Shown one piece after another: positions 39,146 through 52,776 of a stretch of DNA of 64,000 nucleotides (the stretch's first letter is position 1; each line of letters starts with the position of its first letter). The DNA lies in assembly GCA_964016885.1 (NCBI GenBank), contig OZ024746.1:9672001-9736000 (forward strand). Reading direction: 5' to 3'. Origin of the DNA: Eledone cirrhosa. Its lineage: Eukaryota. Below the pieces are notes generated by a model. The model was given only the letters and a program-made list of their open reading frames with translations. It had not been told where the DNA came from and did not search any database. The position numbers and the translations under genes were made by a program.

Positions 39146-40224
39146 AGTTAGTAAAAATGAAAAGAAAAGAGGAAATAGAGACCATACTAATGTTGATAAC
39201 AATTTTGTTCATAAAACTAAATATTGACTGCAAATGAAAAAGGAACAATATTAAGAAGTGAAATTATATGTAAATATATATATATATACATATATCATCA
39301 TCACCATTTAATGTCTGTTTTCCCTGGTGTGTATATATATATATATACACACACACACTGACATATACTTATATACCTACACACATGTATATATATGAGA
39401 GAAATTTTCCAGATTTTATACAAGATACATGGTATAACAGATAATAGATTATTTCTGTGTGTGTGTGTGTGTATGAAAGTGTGTGTGTAAGTATGTATGA
39501 AGGTGTGTATGTGTAGGTATGTATGAAGGTGTGTGTGTTTGTATGAAATGATCCTTACCAATACAGATGCCAATACAACTTAGTAAAATTTTCATTTCAT
39601 AAGAAAGAATATATAATTTATTTATTTTAATACTTTTACTATTTTACCATTAATTTAAAGAAGAGGATATATCTACCTTTCTCTCCCACCCTCTTCCCCT
39701 CTCTCCCTCACTCTCACACACTCTCTCTCTCCATCACACATTCTCTCTCTCTCTCTTCTTTCTCTCATTTCTGGTTTTAATTTGAGATTATCAAAACTGA
39801 TATACTTCATACTTCTATTTACATTTTTAGTATAAACGAATGTTCACACATACACACACACAGACAGACAAATGCCTCTGGTCATATTTATCAAGTCAAT
39901 TACAATCTAGATCTTCAATTTGATAAAGTAAGTATCTTATATTCTTTTTTTGATATCAGAGGATATATGGGAACTGCAGAGAAGTTACTTTGCATTCAGA
40001 TTGACTAATTTGAGTAAAACAGACTTGTACAGCCACCATTTCATTATCTGTGCAATGCCACCAGTTCTCTGATATCAAGACCAATAGAAACTTTGACATG
40101 AGTCATACTTTAGACAAGTAGGCTTCAGGCAGATTCCACTTACCTCAAACTAGTGAATTGAAAGTGATGTCTTACTTTTCAATTGGTAAACAGTTATATG
40201 ACTGAGATATAGTTCTTTCATATG

Positions 40225-40590
40225 TGATGATGATCATGATGGCAATAAGGGTAGTGGTGATGATAAGGATGATGATGATGATGATGATAATGGTGGTGGT
40301 GGGGTGATGATGATAACAATGACAATGATCATGATGATAACGATGATAAAGATAGTGATAGTGATGGTGATAATGACAATAACGATGATGACAGCAATCA
40401 TGATGATAATGAAAATATAGTGGTGTTGGTGATGATGGGTGTGATGATGATGGTGTTGGTGATGATGGGGGTGATGATGATGGTATTGGTGATGATGGGT
40501 GTGATGATGATGGTGTTGGTGATGATGGGGGTGATGATGATGGGGGTGATGATGATGATGATGATGATGATGATGGTGGTGATGATGGTT
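40225..40590. repeat. (GAT/GGT)n low-complexity tract with about 30-bp higher-order periodicity
   Basis: Directly visible; produces spurious poly-His/Met ORFs. Confidence 0.9.
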
Positions 40591-41029
40591 GATTTCCAAC
40601 TTAGGCACAAGGTCAGAAACTCTCTATGAAGAGACACATAGTCAATTAAATTGATTGCAGCACTTGACTACTACTTATTCTGTTACAGGAGTGGACAAAA
40701 TCAATTTGTCCACTCATCAGTAATCAAACTGAGAATATAAAATGTTGGAACCGTATATCACTCTACTGAGGATAATAATAATAGTAATAATAATAATAAT
40801 AATAATTTCTAACAGTCACAAGGCCAGAAATTTAGGGCAAAGAGGAAGAGTCAATTATATGAAGCCCAGTACTTGACTGGTGTCATATTTCATTGATTGC
40901 AGCAGGACAAATACCAATGTAGGTTTCAACAGAGTGTGAACTCAAAAGGTAAAAATCCACAATATATATCACAAGGAATTTTGTCAGATATTGTAAAGAT
41001 TCTGCTAATATATGATTATTATATATATA

Positions 41030-41242
41030 TATCCACATGTGGTTGACAGGTGAGAGAAAGGAGTACACAGTACCAAAGTAGAGTTTTTATATTCAATATT
41101 ATTAAGGCTAAAAAGTGAGTTTTGTCACAGGGTCACCGGACAAGAACTCTTCTCTGATGACCCTCTGATAAACAGGCGAAACTCCAGAGTGACAAGACTC
41201 ACTTTTAGCCTTAATAATATTGAAAATACATAAAATCCTGAC
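41030..41242. mobile_element. Inverted repeat plus tail enclosing a decayed hammerhead, between TA tracts
   Basis: Arms 41092-41128 and 41189-41224; ctgatga 41154-41160, ctg(ataaa)cag, gaaa 41178-41181, stem III actc(ca)gagt. Confidence 0.65.
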
Positions 41243-41281
41243 ATATATATATACACACACACATATACATATATATATATT

Positions 41282-41545
41282 ATCATCATCACCGTTTTAC
41301 TTCCATTCTTCCACGCTAGCATGGGTTAGACAAGTTATCCTGTTGTGAGCAAAGCCAGGTCAGGTGACCATGTCTTGCTCATACAGAACTGATTTTGTCT
41401 TGATTTCTACAGTTGGATGCCCTTCCTAACACCAACCTCATTTACAGTGAGTACAGGGTGCTTTTTACCATGGCGCCTACACAACTTTACAGTGTGGACT
41501 GGGTGCTTTTTGTCATGGCACCTACACATCCACTTTACAGTGGAA
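41282..41545 (-). mobile_element. SINE 3' part with RTE-like tail
   Basis: ggatgcccttcctaacaccaacc and catcatcaccgttttac...catgggtt motifs. Confidence 0.75.
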
Positions 41546-43643
41546 GGGGGTGGGGGCCTACTGCCTATATACTTCAGCTTCAACCCATGAAAAGTTGGGT
41601 TTTCTGTATTACTGCATAACGCCAGTAATACAGGTGCAATTGGGCAAGAAAAGCTTTTATCATTTAATCCCAGGTCTTCTTGGGCCTCCCCATATATATG
41701 TGTGTGTATATATATATAGAGAGAGATTTATGTATATACAGATGCCATATTTACTGTCCATCTGGAGGCATTAACTAATGCAAAGTAAAACTGTTTATCA
41801 TTTATCACTTTAGTTTTGGGAGGTTTTTTGTGACTTTGGGTTTACAAGGTTAACATTCTAGCCACATTTTGGAAATTATCAGATGTACTTTTTAATATCT
41901 ATTTAGCAATTAGCTACCCTGACATTACAATCTGAAATCTTATTAAAAATGATGAATTGTTTAGTCATTCCAGTCAAGTATACTAGTTTCATCCAACCAA
42001 AGGTCAGAGATATAAATTTATATATAACTGATCTGCAGCCAGATATTATCAATCATATCTAGATAAGTAATTATTATTTTATTGATAAAACAAATTTCAA
42101 GAAAAATCTTACCTCTAAGTTTTTTCTTCTCTTTTACACTAACCGAACTTTGTTAAAATTTATTTATGTGGATTTGATGATGCCTTCTTCATTCAGATTC
42201 ATGTTCCATATTCTTCATTTCAGACATTTGGTTTTTTTACCTTATCTTTGAAATGATATATTTAAAAGAAAATTTATCTCCAGATTTTACTAAGAATTGT
42301 ACATGTTTTAGAATTTGCTATTGCATATTAACAAGATATCTTTCAAAAATATTTTGAAATATTTCTTTAGGTAATCACATTATAGTTTAATTGAATTTTA
42401 TATATTTATATTTTATCTTTGTGTATGTGTTTTCTTTTTTTTTTTATTTAGTGACTTATTTATCTTTACTTTTACTATTCCTAATCTAGAATCTTTCATC
42501 CTTATTTTGCAAGGAAAAAAATAGTATATATCAGCTTTATGCTTTAGTTTCCCTAAACAAGTAAATAGACAGATTCCTCATATATTTTATGTTGCTAAGT
42601 GTCATGTTCCAATGAAGTTTCAGATAACATTATCAAGGAAATAAGAAAAACTTTCCTTTCATTTTATCTTAACCCTTTCTTTATATTCTTCCCTCTTCTT
42701 CTTTCCTTCTTTTCTCATTTCTTCTTTCCCTTTAAGTTCTTTTCTCAGCTTTTATTCTTATCTTTCTCCTCTCTTTCACACATAGAGCTAACTTATGTTG
42801 TATCCTTTTGAACAAATCAAAGTTAGCTGTTAGTCACTCCATTCTCCTGAATTCAGGTAGATGTGATAATAATAATCACCACCAATACCACAACCACTAT
42901 TACCATCATCATAATAGTTCACATCTTAATCTTCAGGTTTCCACACAGGATTTAGAAAGGTTTGCAAAACAGTCTTCAAGTATTTCAATACCATGCCTTC
43001 ATTCTCTAATCTTTGAAAATGTATTTTAAAAAGGAGTTTGCAAAGATAAATGTTATTTACCCTTAGCTAAACTTTGGTTACAAACACATTATAGAAAGGA
43101 TTCCAGCCTTGTCTATTTTAAGGGTATTTAGGACTATTTTATCTAAAATGTCCTTCGCATATTTTTAATTAATATTGTGTAATTTGAAATAGGTTTGCCT
43201 GGTATTTTTAGCAGACCAATCTACCATATAGTCACTCCTGTGTGTTAAGGAGGGATAATTTGTTTTCTAGTAATATTAAATTCTCTGTGTTTATGGGTAA
43301 GTGTGTGTGCAGATATTTTTATCATGTATGTATAAATATATTCATGAATTTACTAAGGTATATATGAATATATGTATATATGTGTATATGCAATTAATTA
43401 AACAGATTCTCTGTGCATAAATAAACGCAGTATGTATGTGTATATTTATATATGCTCTGTGATTTACAAATCTACAATGACTGTAAATTTAAAATTGGAT
43501 TTATCTCTGAACCATCTTTCACCAATCTGGATGTGGACAAAATAACATTAGAGCTTTAAATATCTGAATGTCTTATACAGTTGTATCATCAACTCATAAT
43601 TTATCTTTTATGTATATATATATATATGTGTGTGTATATAGGT

Positions 43644-44190
43644 GAAGGCACATGGCTTAGTGGTTAGAGCTTGCAATTGAGAGGTTGTGAGTTCAATTCT
43701 CGGACCGGGTGATGCGTTGTGTCCTTGAGCAAGACACTTTATTTCATGTTGCTCCAGTTTACTCAGCTGTAGAAATGAGATGTGACGTCACTGGTGCCCA
43801 GCTGTATTGGTCAGTACCTTTCCCTTCGACAACATAGGTGGCGTGAAGAGGGAAGACTGGTATGCATGGGTGACTGCTGGTCTTCCACAAAACAAACTTG
43901 CCCAGGCTTGTACCTCTGAGGGAAACCTTCTAGGTGCAAAACCATGGTCATCCGTGACTGAGTAGGGCCAAAGCAATATATACATCCAGCCCACACTGTA
44001 AAGTGGTTACATAGGTGTCACAACAAAAAGCACGCACCACATACAGTAAATGTGGTTGGCATGAGGAAGGGCATCCGGCCATAGAAATTTAGTCAGAAAC
44101 TGCCCTATATGAGCTCCAAAATGCCTCTATTGGGACAACCCATCTAACCCACACTAGCATGGAAAATGGACGTTAAATGATGATGATGAT
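43644..44190 (+). mobile_element. Long tRNA/CORE-type SINE with RTE-like tail
   Basis: tggcttagtgg, gagttcaattc, tgtccttgagcaagacactt, ggttggcatgaggaagggcatcc, ggacgttaaatgatgatgat. Confidence 0.85.
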
Positions 44191-44315
44191 ATATGTATGT
44201 ATGTGTGTACACACACACATACATACATGCAGTGTGTGTGATAGCTCACACCTATGCAGGTTTAGCTGGCCTCCTCCAAGGTATATCTCATTGGAGGTGT
44301 CTTGGGTAATTTAAT

Positions 44316-44481
44316 GATAGGGACCCCAGTCCTATCATCTCATTTCTACAGCTAAGTAAACTGGAGCAACGTGAAATAAAGTGTCTTGCTCAAGGAAACA
44401 ACACATCACCCAGTCCAAGAATTGAACTCACAGCCTTTCAATTGCAAGCCCAATGCTCTAAACACTAAGCCATGTGCCTTC
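44316..44481 (-). mobile_element. tRNA/CORE-type SINE 5' half
   Basis: Matches 5470-5636. Confidence 0.8.
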
Positions 44482-44717
44482 ACATGCAGTGAGCTTCTAT
44501 GTAAGTTAAAACTTAAGCCAAAGCTATGGTTGAAAACACTTATCTAAAGTATTGCAGTCAGATCAAACCCACAACCACATGGTTGTGAAGCAGACTTCAT
44601 AGCTACTCAACTATAGAAGAATTTAAAGTATGACCCCTTATGTATTCTAACTTGAAAGAACATTAATGCTAAAAGATTGAGAACACCTCAGAGTAGCAAA
44701 ATCACTGTCTAGTGTGG

Positions 44718-44759
<42 letters not shown>

Positions 44760-46207
44760 TTGTTCTTCTTCTTCTTCTTCACATAATTCTGAAGAAGTAG
44801 TTTGAGATTCATTATTTAACGTCCATTTTTCCACACTTACATGGGTTAGATGGGTTGTCAGATTATGAGACAAATCAGGTCCAGATACCACATCATTCTC
44901 ATACAGATCTGTATTTTGGCTTGGCTTCTACAGCCAAATTCTCTTCCTGATGCCAAACAAGCTACACTGTTGACTGCATGCTTTTCATTATGCCACTGGA
45001 TCGACCACCTATCAGGTTTGACTGGGTACTTTTTGTCATGTCACCAGCCTGACCACCTTACTGGGTGCTTTTTGTAGTGATAATATATTAAAATTGTGGT
45101 GCATCACGAAATACTTTTTTTTTCTCAAAACCATCTGTTGCATGCCAATCTAGAAATTGAATACTAAATCAATGATAAGAATACTTTTAAAGAGAATGTT
45201 TATAGTTATAAATGTGTAATATAAACATTGGAAATATAATTGTTTCAAGAAAATAGAAAGTTAGCAGAGATGGTAAAACAGCTGCATGTAGTCTTTTTCA
45301 ATGCAGCATAGGCAAATGTTTAACATATTTACACAAAGTCCCAAGTTCATCTTGTGTAAGTGTTTTTGTATTATATTTACTATTATATTTCATGGTAAAG
45401 ACTTTATTTCACATAATTACCTTACATAATATTGAATCTATTAGATTTTGGTATTATTTATTTTGAGAACAATATCTTAACATCAATATGAGTGACCAGT
45501 TATGGCTGGTTAAAACAGAAAGAGGTGAGAGAATTCTTGCCGGATATGACCAGTTTAAATACTAAAGGGTTAAGATGATGTTAAGGGTATATATGTGTGT
45601 AGAATTCTTAATTTCAGGTGGATATGACGCATGTCTCGGACATGACTCCCTTAATTTTGGATATATAATTTCTTACATGTTAATTTAATGAGCAGGTATT
45701 CCAATTGATTGAAAAACTGAAGATTCAATACCAAAACTGACAGTTTTATTTACTTTTTTATATAGTCTTATATTTTATGGCTTCATCAGAAATGGAAAAG
45801 CAGTGTTCATAATATTTGCAAAGTCTCTGAGATTGAGAAGAAAAAGGGTGAGGAAGAGACCAGAACTCTTGGATTGCTTCAGTAGAAAACAACTCAAAAT
45901 ATTAAGTTATTCTCTGCACAGAGACTTAGCCCAACTGCTCATAAGAGTTGAGTCTGCTAGAGGCACCCAAGGGGCAAATGGGGGTGGTATTAAACCAGAT
46001 GACGTTAGCATTAGTTGAGCAAACAAATGATCAAAAGTATTCTGGCTAAGGTTATCATGTTTTCTGTTTATCACCCATTGTTTAACATATTCTTACCTTT
46101 TTTTAACAAGGTAGTGTGTGATTTGATGGCATTTGACAGCTATTTCCAGCCACTCAAGATACGATTTAATGGTTTCTTCATTATCTTGTTTCTTCTATTA
46201 ATGCAGT

Positions 46208-46293
46208 TATATTGGATTGTAACATAAATTCCCGCCGTTTTTTTATTAAAAGGTTTTAAACAACGGCGGGAATTTATGTTACAATCCAATATA
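46208..46293. mobile_element. 86-bp palindromic mariner-type MITE (MADE1-like layout)
   Basis: Perfect 32-bp arms tatattggattgtaacataaattcccgccgtt / reverse complement, TA ends, 22-nt spacer. Confidence 0.7.
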
Positions 46294-46360
46294 TAAAGTG
46301 GTAGAGAAATTAGAAATTGTGAAATTTCAAAGAATCCTTTATAGAAATCTGCTCCCTTTT

Positions 46361-46433
46361 AAAATGTCACTTATTTGGAGATCCTATCTCTGAACTGCAG
46401 AGATAGGATCTGCAAATATTTTAGTGACATTTT
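46361..46433. repeat. 73-nt hairpin
   Basis: aaaatgtcact/agtgacatttt, tatttg/caaata and agatcctatctctg/cagagataggatct stems; 5-nt loop. Confidence 0.8.
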
Positions 46434-46609
46434 TTTAGATAATAATCTAAATGATGTTTATTCCTCCCCACATCAAGAATGGTATAACAGACAAGTTAAC
46501 ATACAATAGAATCTAATTAGCAACTTTATAACTAATCACTGTTATTTTCATGATTTCTAATTCATTACACTGCTATTTTAGATTTTCTTCATCTTATCAA
46601 TAATTCACA

Positions 46610-46724
46610 GTTCTCTCCCTTTCTCTCTCTCTCCCTCTCTTTCGCTCTCCCTCTCTTTCTCTTTCCCTCTCTCCCTCTCTTTCGCTCTCCCTCTCTTTCG
46701 CTCTCTCTCCCTCTCTCTCTCCCT

Positions 46725-46758
<34 letters not shown>

Positions 46759-47040
46759 TCTCTGTCTTTCATCCTCTCTCTCTCCCTTTTTTCTCTCTCT
46801 CTCTTTCTCTCTCCTTTTCCCTCTCCCTTTCTCTCTCTCTTTCTCTCTCCCTTTCTCTCTCTTTCTCTCTCTGTCTTTCATCCTCTCTCTCCCTTTCTCT
46901 CTCTATTTCTCTCTCTCTTTCTCTCTCTCTCTTTCATCTTCTCTCTCTCTCTCCTACACCCTCTTCCTTTCATCCTCTCTCCCACCCTTCTCTCTCTTCC
47001 ACCCCTATCTCTCTATCTCTCTCTCTCTCCCACACCCTCT
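46610..47040. repeat. (CT)n polypyrimidine microsatellite
   Basis: Directly visible. Confidence 0.95.
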
Positions 47041-49071
47041 TCCTTTCAACCCATCTTCCCCCCTTCTCACCCACCCACCCCCACCCTTCCCCCATCCGCT
47101 CTCTACATTAAACCATTTATTCTCTCACATGCCACCCCTTCCTCTTGACCTAGGCTCATTGTTACAAATTTTTTTTTATCTCCTATTTTATTGTAAATGT
47201 TGTTACCTCTCAGCTGACATTATTGGTATTTTCCACTTTTCTGTTTCTGATCCCATCAGGAAATTTTTTTCTTCTTCATTTCTTTCCTGCTGCGTGATTT
47301 AATGTGAATACAAAAAAAACAACCTTTCACAATCATCATCGTCATCATCATTGTTGTCATCATTGCTGTTAAATTTTTATTTTTATGTTTTAGCCTGTGC
47401 CCTCCACTACTATCGGCACCACTACCTTTTAAATCTTTGATAAATCGACTTTTGCTTCATTTCATTTCATTCCATTTCATTCTTGGTATGAATACTAATG
47501 AGCTAGCAGATCTTGTGAAAATCTCATTATTGAGCTTAATATTGGTTGATATTTTAAGTATTAATTCTGCTGTCTTCTTTCTAGTGTGCAAAGTATGATT
47601 TTAGTCTAAGAAGATAAATCAGTTTAGCAACACTAACATTCGAAACCAACTTCTCTTGTCAACTGACCTTGTTTTGCATCAAATTTCTTTCTCATTAGTT
47701 GTTTTGAACAAAACAAAAATATTTCAGGTGTTTGAACATAAAAAAAAATGATTGGTAAATAATGATGACTGTTTGCAGAACAAGTAAATGCATGAAGTCA
47801 TTGCAAGTGGTTTGATGATAATGACAGACATCCTGGATTTAAAATTCTTTTATATCTCACTAGCAGCAGTACCCAGCCTTGTCCAGGTTTATTAATACCT
47901 AAAATAAATACAATCACATGAATTCAATATATTTTGGATAAATTGCTTTAAAACGATGGTCCATAAATGTTGATTCAATCAGAATTTATTTTTTAGAAAT
48001 TATCAGAAAAAAATCTGTCTGACTTTCTTGTTGAAAAAATATGCTCCTATGCAAAAATTTCAGTTACCAAGCTGCAAAATTCTATACAGCTTGGAATATA
48101 TATACATTCACTTTCATGTATACATGCTGTAAAATGGTTAATTATAGGAAGGTCATCCAGCCATAGAAATCTTGCCAAACAAAGGGTTGGGAGAACTTTC
48201 TGTTGTGTCAAAGACCATACATAAGTCAGACACAGATCCTTGGCCTGTCTGGGAGATCATTAGTTCCACTTCAGTACTGACTTGGTCTATGTAGACCGGT
48301 CTAACCCTTGTTAGCAAGGAAAGCAGACATTAAAACTATATTTGAGAAATCATTTTTTAAAGGATTTCTTTATACCTTTTAATATTGCTTCTGAATATTG
48401 TTTATATCTATGGTACTGTGTGTTGGATGATGATAATCATAATTTTATGTCCCATGAGAACAATACCTTAACATTAGTGTGAGTGGCTGGTTACAGTCAG
48501 ATTCAGTACTAAAGGGTTAATGTACCAAAAAGCTGTTTTCAGAGAACTATACATTTGGCAGAATTCATAGATTTAGGTGCCAACAAGCCAAGTAATGGCT
48601 TTAGATTAACTATATAAATACATCGAATACCCAACCCCCTTCAGCAATAGGTTTATTTTTCCTAATTTATTTTTTTTCTTTTGATTTATTTCAGTTTTAT
48701 CTATTCTGCTCAAGCAATTCTTAGTGCAATATTAATATCAATAACAATGGATTTTTAGTAGAATAAAAATTACTATACAGTTCAGGAATCAACTCAAATA
48801 TATAATATTGTCATGACAACAATTGTGAAATAGCTTCATATTTAAATTCTATTCAAATGCTGTTTTAATTTCTTAGGTGTTTTACCCTTTTAAACGAGGT
48901 CAATAGATTTTTCCATAACTGAATTAATTTTAATATCTTGATTTCGTTTCATGGCTTATTGATTCATTTAATTATTTGAAAATAATAACAACAATAAGTA
49001 CAGTATGCCTTGATATTGGAAGCAAACACATTGGCACTCATAATTATAAACATTCACATATATATATATAA

Positions 49072-49259
<188 letters not shown>

Positions 49260-49929
49260 GTACACGCACATATATATGTATATATTCTTTTATTCTTTTC
49301 AATATATAGGCTGTGGTCACAACCTTGCAGAGATTTAGTTGATCTTATTGACACCAATACTTAGCTTATAAAGTTTGGTATTCGTTTTACTGATCTCGTT
49401 TTGTTGAATCACTAAATTATGGGGCATGAATAGTCAACATAAACACAGACAGTCATACACACCGATGGTGATTGTTCAAGATGACAGCCATCACATCTTT
49501 CTCCTAGACCAACAGCTGCCAGATTGAACTGAGTGCATTTTATCATGGTTAAGAGCACTGTGATTTGTCTGACCAACCCTAAGGGGAAGAGGTACAAAGG
49601 ATGCAATAGCTCAGGTATAATGGCTGGAGGTATGACATGTTTAATGTCATGGGTGTAACACCGTTCGGCATTAAGCTTTTAAAAGATGATATTGATTATG
49701 TATCTGAAGTTTCTCTTCTATGAATGTCATCTGATATTCATCTTCAGATGTAATCAACGAATCCTTGTGTTGTGTTGTTGTTGGTTTTTACTAAATGACC
49801 AAAGAAATTTCCGAAGATTTTATCAACTTTATTTTTCACCGCATGCACACATATATTCATAAATGCACACATACACACACACACATGCATACACACACAC
49901 ATATACATAATTTATGTCAGATGGAAATA

Positions 49930-49978
49930 ACTTCTAAAGAACTAGTACTGTTTCATTCAATTGAAATCATCAGGACTT
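49930..49978 (-). ncRNA. Decayed hammerhead of the 54.3-kb family
   Basis: Minus strand ctgatgatttcaattgaatgaaacagtactagttctttagaag. Confidence 0.6.
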
Positions 49979-50321
49979 TCTTTCTTCTTCTTCTTCTTCT
50001 TCTTCTTCTTGGGAGTGTCATGGGAGCAGAACCCTCAAGCACACTTTCTAGAGGGTCCTATGAGAAGCAACCATTTCCAATTCTCCCAGCTGAATCTGGA
50101 ATAAATTATGTGACCTCTCTAATTAATGTATTAATTACTATAGATAATTGTGTCCTCTTTCCATTCTTCTTATCATATATATGTGTGTGTGTGTGTGCAG
50201 TATGAAGCCTGGGAAGACCACAGATCTGAGTGGTACTCGATGCATGGTGGGATGCAGAGTGGGGATATTAAGGTGGAGATCTGACCACTTTAGCTCACAG
50301 TGAAATCTCCAGCTCATATAT

Positions 50322-50686
50322 ATCATCATCATCATCACCGTTTTACGTCCGTTCTTCCATGCTAGCATGGGTTAGGCGGGTTCTCCTGTTGTGGGCAGTG
50401 TTTTGCTCATACGGAACTGATTCTGGCTTGATTTCTACAGCTGGATGCCCTTCCTAACACCAACCTCATTTACAGTGAGTGGTGGGTGCTTTTTTGCCGT
50501 GGCACCTCCACAACCACTTTACAGTGGAATGATAGGGACCCCAGTCCTATCATCTCATTTCTACAGCTGAGTAAACTGGAGCAATGTGAAATAAAGTGTC
50601 TTGCTCAAGGAAACAACATATCTGAGAATTGGACTCACAACCTTTCGATTGCAAGGCCAATGCTCTAACCACTAAGCCATGTGCCT

Positions 50687-50688
<2 letters not shown>
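50322..50688 (-). mobile_element. tRNA/CORE-type SINE with RTE-like tail
   Basis: Closely matches 5299-5636. Confidence 0.88.
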
Positions 50689-50717
<29 letters not shown>

Positions 50718-50745
50718 CTCTGCATATATATATATATATATATAT

Positions 50746-50810
50746 ACTCTGCAATGTATTGAGTACCTTACTTACTGTGGTTACCTCCGATTCAACCCGG
50801 AATAACGTAC
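50746..50810 (+). mobile_element. Solo tail segment of the 54.3-kb hammerhead family in (TA)n
   Basis: actctgcaatgtattgagtaccttacttactgtggttacctccgattcaacccggaataacgta nearly identical to 54431-54494. Confidence 0.8.
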
Positions 50811-50843
<33 letters not shown>

Positions 50844-50844
50844 A

Positions 50845-50997
50845 CAAACACGTGTGGAGGTGGTGAGAGCAGACCTCAGATTGCAGTACCTCACGGAGGA
50901 GATGACAAGGGCCCGTGACAAATGGAGAGATGCCATGCTTAATAAGACCTGTCCCACCCTTACAAGCAAGGAAAAGTGGACGTAAAATGATGATGGT
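50845..50997 (+). mobile_element. 3' end of another RTE family, ORF running into the tail
   Basis: VEVVRADLRLQYLTEEMTRARDKWRDAMLNKT...WT* followed by aatgatgat. Confidence 0.65.
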
Positions 50998-51012
50998 ATA
51001 TATATATATATT

Positions 51013-51190
51013 CATCATCATCATCATCATTTAACGTCTCTTTTCCATGCTAGCATGGATTAGACGGGTTGGCAAGTTGGATCATACAGAACTGTTTCTG
51101 GCTGGGTTTCTACAGCTGGATACACTTCCTAATGCCAACCACATTTACAGTGTGTGCTGGGTACTGTTTGTCGTGACACCTACACATGTT
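51013..51190 (-). mobile_element. SINE/RTE 3' tail fragment
   Basis: catcatttaacgtc...gcatggatt, ggatacacttcctaatgccaacc. Confidence 0.7.
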
Positions 51191-52266
51191 GCGATATATT
51201 CCAGATGTTCTTCATTAAAAAACAAATAAAATCTGATTTAATGAAATGCTCAATGTATATTCATTATATCATTAGTTTTATGTCCATGTTTCCATTCTGT
51301 CCTGGGCTAGATGAGACATTTGAGACAGAATTCTACAATTGGATGCCTTATTTGAATACATCAACATTTATTTTTCATTGATTTAAATTTTAGGGAGTTC
51401 TCTTCTTCGCCCCTCCTCAGGACAAAATACTGTTTACACCAAGGACAGTTTTTCTTATTAGAACAAAAGTTTTAATTGATTTTAAAAAATATATTTTTGG
51501 CTCACCATCTCATCAAATATGGTAGCTAAATCTTTGCTAGATATACATATAAACTATCCTCCTCTCTCCCACTTTGTATCTCTTTCTCTTTCTTTCTCTC
51601 TGTTGCTATATATGTATATATATACATGTACATATGTATATACATATAGATTGACAAATACAGAGAGAGGGATATATTTATATATTAGCATATATGTACA
51701 CACACACATATATATATATAAAGAGAGAGGGCATGTACATGCACATATTTATATACATATAGATTGATATGTAGAGAAAGATAGAAAGAGAATTGAGAAT
51801 ATTTGTGCATATATACCTGCATGCAATATGAACAAAAAGTATTCTTACTCTCAAAATAATTACTAGTGTTGCTATGTGACCATACATGGAAATATATTTC
51901 TAATGCATTTCACTTTTTGTGAAGATGATTAGATTTTACAAGTACTGGTAGCTCACCTAGCACATGACATTGTATAAATCCAGATCACATATTTAATATC
52001 TAACTGAATTTCTAAAATAGCAAAATTTTCAAAACCATTAAAGAGTTTTTTTTTAGTTATCACGAGCTGAAAATATTGAGATTTCTAACTTTATTAGTTT
52101 CTAAGATACCAGAACAGATATTGAAGAAATCAAAGATGATTATAGAAATAAAACAGTGGTATTTAATGTTTTAGTATTTGGAAACAACGGACAGTGGGGT
52201 GCAAATATCATTAAATGGGAGAAATCAAATGGGGGGTTATTTTGTCTTGTCTTCAAGTGATATATA

Positions 52267-52776
52267 CACAGGGTGAGCATAAAGTTTTTCCATGATTATA
52301 AAATATATCTCGGATACTATTTGAGATCTTAATTTATAAATTTAAAGTTTAAAGTTTTTTTTAACATGTTTTACAATTCCTCTTCTACAGGAAGTAGTTG
52401 TAATTTTCAGTAACAAAATGGTATCTATGAAACAAAAAGCCCAGTGTGGTTTGTTTATGCTCACCCCCTCTTCTCTCTTCTCTTCTTGCTCAACAAAGCC
52501 GGGGCCATCTTAAGCCAGTGATCTCAAAGCATCATCATGCATAGAGCCAACCAAGTCCACTAGCCCCCTTCCATTTCTGCTGAGCCCATGCCAGCTCCTC
52601 TGCATCCTCCAAGGTGATGTTGAGCCTCCGGAGATCTTCCCTGATGATATCCAGCTATCTGATGCAGGGCCTGCCACAGGGCCTCTTCCAGCTTACAGCC
52701 ACTGCATTGAATGAGTAAGGCCCTGGTAGGATGATCTGGTGGAAAGCAGAGGACATTATATTTGCTCACCCTTTAT
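52267..52776. mobile_element. Tc1/mariner-type MITE with an RTE 3' fragment (52467-52757, minus strand) inserted in its right TIR
   Basis: cagggtgagcataaa / tttatgctcaccc TIR; tgctcaccc duplicated at 52458-52466 and 52763-52771; insert encodes WKRPCGRP...DIIREDLRRLNITLEDAEELA with an (AGAAG)n tail. Confidence 0.7.

Noticed and set aside
40234-40637. His-rich or Met-rich protein ORFs
   Set aside because: Translation of a GAT/GGT microsatellite
40689-40722. Minus strand ctgatga followed by a strong gtggacaaa/tttgtccac hairpin
   Set aside because: No GAAA or stem III follows; lies in a decayed SINE
47858-48110. Helitron-like start actagcagcagtacccagccttgtccagg
   Set aside because: Too decayed and no matching 3' end identified
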